Positions 26,864 through 32,000 of a DNA stretch of 32,000 nt are shown piece by piece. Each line of letters starts with the position of its first letter. Position 1 is the first letter of the stretch. The DNA is from Acaryochloris marina MBIC11017. GTDB lineage: Bacteria > Cyanobacteriota > Cyanobacteriia > Thermosynechococcales > Thermosynechococcaceae. The position numbers were made by a program, and so were the translations under genes. The notes beneath the pieces were generated by a model. It saw only the letters and a program-made list of their open reading frames with translations, did no database searches and was not told the DNA's origin. The DNA is taken from positions 4,590,001-4,622,000 of the forward strand of contig NC_009925.1 in the NCBI RefSeq assembly GCF_000018105.1, in the 5' to 3' direction.

Positions 26864-27106
26864 GTGAAAAAACAGAAACACCCTCATTTGATTGGTTCTA
26901 AATGGACCGCTCAGTCTTCAACCTTTGGTTGGCGACATTTTCGGGTTGTTAACCGCAAAAATGAAGGTTCCCTGGTTTTTGCTGAGTTAGTTGCGGCTTG
27001 TGATGAAACAGTGCGATTTTGGGTGAATGCCAAAGCTCTGAAAAATCGAGGGTTATGGAAGCCGGGTTGGCAATCTTTACTGGAACAGGCGCAATCGATT
27101 GAGTAA
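26864..27106 (+). CDS. Trp-rich small conserved protein (TIGR02450-like)
   Basis: KKQKHPHLIGSKWTAQSSTFGWRHFRVVNRK...FWVNAKALKNRGLWKPGW matches my memory of the tryptophan-rich TIGR02450 family. The start is set to GTG 26864 (track: 26819). Confidence 0.7.
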   Translation: MKKQKHPHLIGSKWTAQSSTFGWRHFRVVNRKNEGSLVFAELVAACDETVRFWVNAKALKNRGLWKPGWQSLLEQAQSIE

Positions 27107-27243
27107 GTCAGGTATAACTAATGCCATGCCTTACATGTCTTTCCATTGGAACCGACGCATCAATACGACGGTTCTTAAGCATGGGGTGCGATACTATGCA
27201 CTGGGGCTCAAACTCCTGATGAATCCATGCCTGTGTATTAACC

Positions 27244-28080
27244 ATGTTCGTTAATTTGTTGCCATTGTACTGGGCCGTTTTTACCTCTCCTGGACCAGAA
27301 ATCTTCAGGGTTGGTTCTGTCGTTATTCGATGGTACGGCGTCCTGATTGCAGCTGCGATCGTTTTGGGGCTACAGCTCTCTCGGCACTTAGCTACCTACC
27401 GTCGCATTAAGCCTGATGACATCAGTGATTTGGCCATTTGGTTGGTCATAGGAGCCATCCCCTGTGCTCGCCTTTACTATGTTCTGTTCCAGTGGGAGTA
27501 TTACAGCCAACATTTAGACCAGGTTGCTACCATTTGGCGCGGGGGAATTGCCATTCATGGCGCTATCCTTGGCGGCATGTTGGCGGCCTTGATTTTTAGT
27601 CGTCTGAAAAAGGTGTCTTTTTGGCAGTTAGCAGATCTGGTTGCTCCATCATTGATCTTGGGGCAAGCCATCGGCCGCTGGGGCAATTTCTTTAATTCAG
27701 AAGCTTTTGGCGATCCGACCGATCTGCCTTGGAAGCTATTCATTCCGCCTGCGCGTCGTCCACTTGCCTATCGGAATTCAGCCTACTTTCACCCTACTTT
27801 TCTCTATGAATCAGTATGGAATCTGATGGTACTGGGAATCTTGCTGGCATTGTTTTTTAAGTTCCCAAAGGCTAAAAAAGGCACGATCTTTCTGGTCTAT
27901 GCGGTGACCTATAGCTTGGGTCGGCTATGGATTGAGGGATTGCGGACGGATAGTTTAATGCTAGGGCCTTTGCGGATTGCTCAAGTCGTAAGCTTGATTG
28001 GCATTGGTATTGGCATGCTTGGGTTGACCTGGCTGTATTTGCTGAAGCGGAGCCTGCCTGATACAAAGCAGGCATCTTAA
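27244..28080 (+). CDS. lgt: Prolipoprotein diacylglyceryl transferase
   Basis: IRWYGVLIA, the [13 protein letters not shown] signature, HPTFLYES, and a multi-pass membrane profile. Confidence 0.95.
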   Translation: MFVNLLPLYWAVFTSPGPEIFRVGSVVIRWYGVLIAAAIVLGLQLSRHLATYRRIKPDDISDLAIWLVIGAIPCARLYYVLFQWEYYSQHLDQVATIWRGGIAIHGAILGGMLAALIFSRLKKVSFWQLADLVAPSLILGQAIGRWGNFFNSEAFGDPTDLPWKLFIPPARRPLAYRNSAYFHPTFLYESVWNLMVLGILLALFFKFPKAKKGTIFLVYAVTYSLGRLWIEGLRTDSLMLGPLRIAQVVSLIGIGIGMLGLTWLYLLKRSLPDTKQAS

Positions 28081-28133
28081 TGCGATACTGCGGCTCTGTT
28101 TTTTTATTGATATTTAAGTTGAATTGAACTCCT

Positions 28134-28952
28134 ATGACTCCCCCTTCTCCTGAGCTACTCGAACAGACAACTTTCAGCAAATCCCTATTGCCAGCGGTTT
28201 ATATCGTAGGAGCGGGGCCAGGAGATCCTGATTTACTCACCGTTAAAGCTCAGCGTATTATCCAACAGGCAGATGTCGTCGTTTATGCCAATTCTCTGGT
28301 GCCGAAGGAAATGTTGAGTCTCTGCCATAATGGGGCAGAATTGATTCCGACTGCGACCAAGACCCTTGAAGATATCGTACCGATGATGATTGATAGGGTG
28401 CGATCGCATCTTTCAGTCGTGCGGCTACACTCTGGTGACCCCTGCCTGTATGGGGCTGTACATGAACAAATCCAGGCTTTGGCAGAAGCCGAAATCCCCT
28501 TCGAAATTATTCCTGGTATTAGTGCATTTCAGCTGGCTGCAGCTAAATTGCAGGTGGAACTAACGGTACCCGAACTAGTACAGACGATTATTTTGACGCG
28601 AATTAGCGGCCGAACACAGGTTCCAGAAGCAGAGGAACTCGCTAGCTTAGCAGCCCACAAGGCCAGCTTGTGTTTGTATCTCAGTGCGCGCCATGTCGAT
28701 CAGGCCCAACAAAAATTACTCGCTCATTATGAGCCAGATACTCCTGTGGCCATCGGCTTTCGTTTAGGATGGCCGGATGAGCAAATGTGGGTTGTGCCGT
28801 TATCTGAGATGGCAAAGGCGACCGAAGACCATGAGTTAATTCGGACAACCCTCTACTTAATCAGTCCAGCTTTGAAGTCAACGCATTCTCAAGCGAGATC
28901 GCGTCTATATCACCCTGAACATCGACATTTATTTCGGCCAGGGAAACATTGA
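28134..28952 (+). CDS. cobM: Precorrin-4 C11-methyltransferase
   Basis: VYIVGAGPGDPDLLTVKA...ADVVVYA, LHSGDPCLYGA and IPGISAF are class III tetrapyrrole methylase motifs with CobM/CbiF-like length. Confidence 0.92.
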   Translation: MTPPSPELLEQTTFSKSLLPAVYIVGAGPGDPDLLTVKAQRIIQQADVVVYANSLVPKEMLSLCHNGAELIPTATKTLEDIVPMMIDRVRSHLSVVRLHSGDPCLYGAVHEQIQALAEAEIPFEIIPGISAFQLAAAKLQVELTVPELVQTIILTRISGRTQVPEAEELASLAAHKASLCLYLSARHVDQAQQKLLAHYEPDTPVAIGFRLGWPDEQMWVVPLSEMAKATEDHELIRTTLYLISPALKSTHSQARSRLYHPEHRHLFRPGKH

Positions 28953-29260
28953 AATTCATGAGTTAACAGACCTTAGCAGTAACTAATATCTGGAACACTA
29001 GGAAACGCTTGCTAGATCGGTGTGCAGAGAGCATAACAGTATTATTTTGCTTGAAAATCCTGAGTTCGGGATAAGCTAAAACCCTTATTCTTGCGTAGGC
29101 TGAAACCTTCATTCGTCGCTAGAAGGGGGTTAAATAATGGGCTTAACCCGAACTGGGTTTGAAAACTTCAGGTGCTGGTTCCCAAAGATTGTATAAACTA
29201 CACCAGTCAACAATTACAGCAGATTCAAAGAAGTTTCTTCACAAAAACTGAAGATTTGTG

Positions 29261-29307
29261 TTGACATCTCTTTACATAGCTGTTACATTAATTTACATAA
29301 GGTTACA
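29261..29307 (+). promoter_or_regulatory. Phased TTACA array containing a canonical HLR1 (RpaB-type) site
   Basis: TTGACA 29261, TTTACA 29271, GTTACA 29282, TTTACA 29292 and GTTACA 29302, with spacings of 10/11/10/10 nt. GTTACATTAATTTACATA (29282-29299) fits the HLR1 consensus (G/T)TTACA(T/A)(T/A)-N2-(G/T)TTACA(T/A)(T/A). Confidence 0.6.
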
Positions 29308-29337
29308 ACACACATGAGTTCCACGGAGTCTACACAC

Positions 29338-29481
29338 ATGAATACTTCCAACAATTTCTTCGGATTTAATCCCTTTGCTGAAGCTTGGAGTGGCCGCCTG
29401 GCTATGGTTGGTTTTTATGCTGCCATCATCATTGAGCTCGTTACAGGAAAAGGCGTTTTGCACTTCTGGGGCTTAATGTAA
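29338..29481 (+). CDS. hli: High-light-inducible protein (Hlip/Scp), 47 aa
   Basis: Below the track cutoff. Product: [47 protein letters not shown]. It has the one-helix CAB motif ExxxGRxAMxGF. The start is taken at 29338 because ACGGAGTC lies 7 nt upstream, as for the third hli. The in-frame ATG at 29314 abuts the promoter array. Confidence 0.85.
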   Translation: MNTSNNFFGFNPFAEAWSGRLAMVGFYAAIIIELVTGKGVLHFWGLM

Positions 29482-29545
29482 GCTGCCATTTTGTTATCGA
29501 CCTTTTTTGAGATTACCAGCTGATTATTTAGGAGATTAAATCACA

Positions 29546-29695
29546 ATGAATACACAACCTTCTTCTGGCTTCAGCGCCTTTTCTGAAACTTGGAATGGCC
29601 GCCTAGCTATGATTGGCTTTACTTTAGCCATCATCACTGAAGCCCTTACAGGGAAAGGAATTTTGGGCCAGCTAGTCGCTTGGTTCAGCTTCTAA
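29546..29695 (+). CDS. hli: High-light-inducible protein (Hlip/Scp), 49 aa
   Basis: Below the track cutoff. Product: MNTQPSSGFSAFSETWNGRLAMIGFTLAIITEALTGKGILGQLVAWFSF, with the canonical ExxNGRxAMxGF. AGGAG lies 9 nt upstream. Confidence 0.9.
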   Translation: MNTQPSSGFSAFSETWNGRLAMIGFTLAIITEALTGKGILGQLVAWFSF

Positions 29696-29857
29696 AAAAT
29701 TTCTGATCATCCACTAAAGTTTTCCTCTCCTCTCGCTTTAGTTGGGTCAGCAGTAAAAGATTTAGGTTACCGCTACCTTGATCTTGTAACGAAGAATTCT
29801 ATCCGTAACTCGGTTATGAGTTCTCTAAATCGTATTTAATTATCACTCTCATCCAGA

Positions 29858-29881
29858 CCCAGCCATTGCGCTGGGTTTTTT
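29858..29881 (+). terminator. Intrinsic terminator after the hli tandem
   Basis: CCCAGC (29858-29863), loop CATTGC, GCTGGG (29870-29875), then TTTTTT. Confidence 0.6.
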
Positions 29882-29964
29882 ACTATCCACTTGAGCCCAT
29901 GCCTTTCAGTATGGGCTTGCTTCACCCAGGTTGAGGGACCTGTTGAAAAAAATTAAATCAACGC

Positions 29965-30012
29965 TTGACAAAACGTTACAAGGACAGTTACATTTATTTA
30001 CATAAGGTTATT
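29965..30012 (+). promoter_or_regulatory. Phased TTACA array containing a canonical HLR1 site
   Basis: TTGACA 29965, GTTACA 29975, GTTACA 29987, TTTACA 29997 and GTTATT 30007. GTTACATTTATTTACATA (29987-30004) fits HLR1. Confidence 0.6.
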
Positions 30013-30033
30013 TCGATTACGGAGTCAAACGAC

Positions 30034-30186
30034 ATGAGTACACAAAATCCAATTTGGGGCTTCACCGATTTTGCAGAGACTTTTGGTGGTCGTCTAGCAA
30101 TGATGGGATTCTTCCTGGCCCTTGTAACTGAAGTCATGACTGGTCAAGGAATTGTCGGTCAAGTTGCCGCTTTACTACATTTCTAA
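30034..30186 (+). CDS. hli: High-light-inducible protein (Hlip/Scp), 50 aa
   Basis: Track ORF 29965..30186 trimmed to ATG 30034. Product: MSTQNPIWGFTDFAETFGGRLAMMGFFLALVTEVMTGQGIVGQVAALLHF. ACGGAGTC lies at 30019-30026, 7 nt upstream. Confidence 0.9.
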   Translation: MSTQNPIWGFTDFAETFGGRLAMMGFFLALVTEVMTGQGIVGQVAALLHF

Positions 30187-30253
30187 ATTAAAGCTGGGGT
30201 AGCTTGCGAAACATATAGCTACCCTCAATATTCTCTTCTTCCTTGTCTTTTAG

Positions 30254-30280
30254 CCCCAGCTTCTCGCTGGGGTCTTTTAT
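30254..30280 (+). terminator. Intrinsic terminator between hli and the sigma-factor gene
   Basis: CCCCAGC (30254-30260), loop TTCTC, GCTGGGG (30266-30272), then TCTTTTAT. Confidence 0.6.
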
Positions 30281-30307
30281 ATCCACTAATTCCAAGTTTC
30301 CGTAGAC

Positions 30308-31264
30308 ATGAAAAATTCATCTGTGAGCAAAGATTCTATTACGACCTATCTGCGAGAGATCGGCCGCTTCCCTCTGTTGAATCATGAAGAGGAAATTATC
30401 TTTGGTAAGCAGGTGCAACGGTTTGTAGCTTTGCAAGATCTCAAGCAAGATCTGCAAGAGCACCTAGATCGGGAACCGACCCAGGCCGAATGGGCAGATA
30501 AAGCTGAGATATCGGTCTCACAACTACAGAAAGAGCTGAAGTTAGGCCATAAAGCCAATCGCAAAATGGTGGAATCCAATTTGCGTCTAGTGGTCTCGAT
30601 TGCCAAGAAGTACAACAAAGCGAAAGTTGAATTTTTGGATTTGATTCAAGAAGGCACGATTGGCTTGCAACGGGGTGTCGAAAAGTTTGACCCGATGAAA
30701 GGCTATCGCTTTTCTACCTATGCCTACTGGTGGATTCGTCAAGCCATGACCCGTGCGATCGCAGAACAAGAACGAACCATTCGCTTACCGATTCACATCA
30801 ATGAAAAACTTAGTAAGCTGCGCAAGGTCAGACGCCAGCTGTCGCAAAAGCTCCATCGCGACCCCACTGTGCAAGAGCTAGCGGTAGAGATGGACCTTGC
30901 TCCTAAAAAGATTGAAGACTATCTCAACTACGCTCGTCGCTCGATCTCGTTAGATATTCAGATTGGTGATCAGCAAAATACAGAGCTATGGGAGTTACTC
31001 GAAGATCCCAATGAATCGCCCGACACCTATGTCACGGCCTCTTCTCTGCGATCTGATTTAGCCAAGCTGCTTCAAGATCTCAGCCCGCAACAGCGAGAAG
31101 TGATTACTTTACGATACGGCCTGATTGATCAAAATCCCTTGACCTTAGCGAAGGTGGGTGAGCGTCTGAACGTTAGCCGGGAGTGGGTCCGCCGGGTAGA
31201 GCGGGAAGCCTTTAAGATTTTGCGATCGCAAAAAGTGATGCTGCAAGAATATATGGCGATTTAG
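30308..31264 (+). CDS. Group-2 (RpoD-like) RNA polymerase sigma factor
   Basis: 318 aa. Region 1.2 is YLREIGRFPLLNHEEE. Region 2 is NLRLVVSIAKKY...LIQEGTIGLQRGVEKFDPMKGYRFSTYAYWWIRQAMTRAI. Region 3 is TIRLPIHINEKL. Region 4.2 is LTLAKVGERLNVSREWVRRVEREA. Confidence 0.93.
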   Translation: MKNSSVSKDSITTYLREIGRFPLLNHEEEIIFGKQVQRFVALQDLKQDLQEHLDREPTQAEWADKAEISVSQLQKELKLGHKANRKMVESNLRLVVSIAKKYNKAKVEFLDLIQEGTIGLQRGVEKFDPMKGYRFSTYAYWWIRQAMTRAIAEQERTIRLPIHINEKLSKLRKVRRQLSQKLHRDPTVQELAVEMDLAPKKIEDYLNYARRSISLDIQIGDQQNTELWELLEDPNESPDTYVTASSLRSDLAKLLQDLSPQQREVITLRYGLIDQNPLTLAKVGERLNVSREWVRRVEREAFKILRSQKVMLQEYMAI

Positions 31265-31718
31265 CTACGAGAATGCGGCCCGCCTCCCACCATTAGTTAC
31301 TTTCAATTGTGTAGGGGTTGATTCCCTGCTGCTTGCAGCGAAGAAATGGGATACGGTTTGGTAGCAAATCGTATTTCATACCCCGTCTGCTTGCAGTGGG
31401 GTATTTGATTCATGCCGGGGGCTAGGTTACTCCAGCTCATCTTTATTCAGTTCACAATACTGTTACATTAACTGTGTTCTATGTAAAAGCTTTACAAAAG
31501 TAGACTATAAAAATACTTAAATCACCACATCAGTACATCTTATTAAACTATTTATGATGCTGATTATCAGGAAAATATAGATAAAAGTGGCTATTTATTT
31601 GCTTAAAAGCTCAAATAAAGTTCTTTTTGATGACTTGAATTCATCTTAATTAAATTTGAACTATTTTTTAGCTAAATAAGCTTTGACTCAGAGACCCTAC
31701 AGAAAGTCAAGTTAAATC

Positions 31719-31767
31719 TTGACATTTTGTAACACTTTGATTAATATAGTTAACATAGCGTTACATT
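31719..31767 (+). promoter_or_regulatory. Phased, more degenerate TTACA-type array upstream of the PGR5 homologue
   Basis: TTGACA 31719, GTAACA 31729, GATTAA 31739, GTTAAC 31749 and GTTACA 31760, with spacings of 10/10/10/11 nt. It has the same architecture as the two hli promoters. Confidence 0.4.
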
Positions 31768-31780
31768 TACGGAGTCTGTT

Positions 31781-31978
31781 ATGTTTGCACCTATCGTTGT
31801 TCTTACTCGCACTGCTGTTGGTACCCCCCGATTCACCAAACTCAGAGGCAAAGCGATCGCTCTGCATTCAAAAGCCATTACCAACTTCTGCAATCAAGTC
31901 GGTATTGAACGGACTCAGCGCCAAAATTGGATTCGTCTTGCCCGCGATAACGGCAAGCGCTTAGGTCTCCTTGCCTAA
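31781..31978 (+). CDS. pgr5: PGR5-like protein (cyclic electron flow regulator homologue), 65 aa
   Basis: MFAPIVVLTRTAVGTPRFTKLRGKAIALHSKAITNFCNQVGIERTQRQNWIRLARDNGKRLGLLA aligns by eye with the mature part of plant PGR5 (FAPLVVVTRNLVGKKRFNQLRGKAIALHSQVITEFC...KQRQGLIRLAKKNGERLGFLA, recalled from memory). Its length matches cyanobacterial Ssr2016. Confidence 0.85.
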   Translation: MFAPIVVLTRTAVGTPRFTKLRGKAIALHSKAITNFCNQVGIERTQRQNWIRLARDNGKRLGLLA

Positions 31979-32000
31979 GCTGACTCAATCCCTCCCCACC

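Noticed and set aside
28081-28133. Cobalamin riboswitch ahead of cobM
   Set aside because: The 53-nt spacer is far too short for a B12 element, and no B12-box-like sequence is seen.
29314-29337. Upstream in-frame ATG as the start of the first Hlip (would add MSSTESTH)
   Set aside because: This ATG lies 7 nt after the last promoter hexamer, which leaves no leader or SD. The conserved ACGGAGTC-N7-ATG arrangement points to 29338.
31719-31964. 81-aa ORF overlapping the PGR5 homologue
   Set aside because: It is in a different frame from a 65-aa ORF with clear PGR5 similarity. It starts inside the promoter array.
1-32000. CRISPR arrays, rRNA genes, prophage or integrase signatures
   Set aside because: No regularly spaced 25-40 nt direct repeats, no rRNA-like conserved stretches and no integrase or phage structural ORFs were seen on either strand.

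Overview
This is a cyanobacterial chromosomal segment. The evidence is at least 13 perfect copies of the HIP1 octamer GCGATCGC (counted by eye) and cyanobacteria-type gene content: Rps1, PEP carboxylase, Hlip/Scp genes and a PGR5 homologue. I cannot assign a genus from sequence alone.

Most of the window is housekeeping genes: rpsA (partial), nrdR, tRNA-Ala(GGC), ppc, a phosphohexomutase, sat, 5-formyl-THF cyclo-ligase, dtd, glmS, lgt and cobM.

Three regions stand out:
1. 16.8-25.1 kb is a signalling and accessory patch. It holds a CHASE receptor with a degenerate GGDEF domain, a GDSL-lipase/RTX exoprotein flanked by about 700-800 bp AT-rich non-coding DNA, a two-frame IS630-family element, and a translationally coupled radical-SAM + membrane GT2 pair.
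2. 8.9-11.2 kb encodes a Tat-signal 'pseudo-orthocaspase' whose His/Cys dyad is replaced by Tyr/Gly.
3. 29.2-32.0 kb is a high-light stress island. It has three Hlip genes of 47-50 aa (below the ORF-track cutoff), a group-2 sigma factor and a PGR5 homologue. The Hlip and PGR5 genes sit behind 10-bp-phased TTACA (HLR1/RpaB-type) arrays.

I found no rRNA, no CRISPR array and no recognisable phage-defence system. The candidates for undescribed biology are hypotheses that need database and experimental checks. I see no clear-cut novel system.
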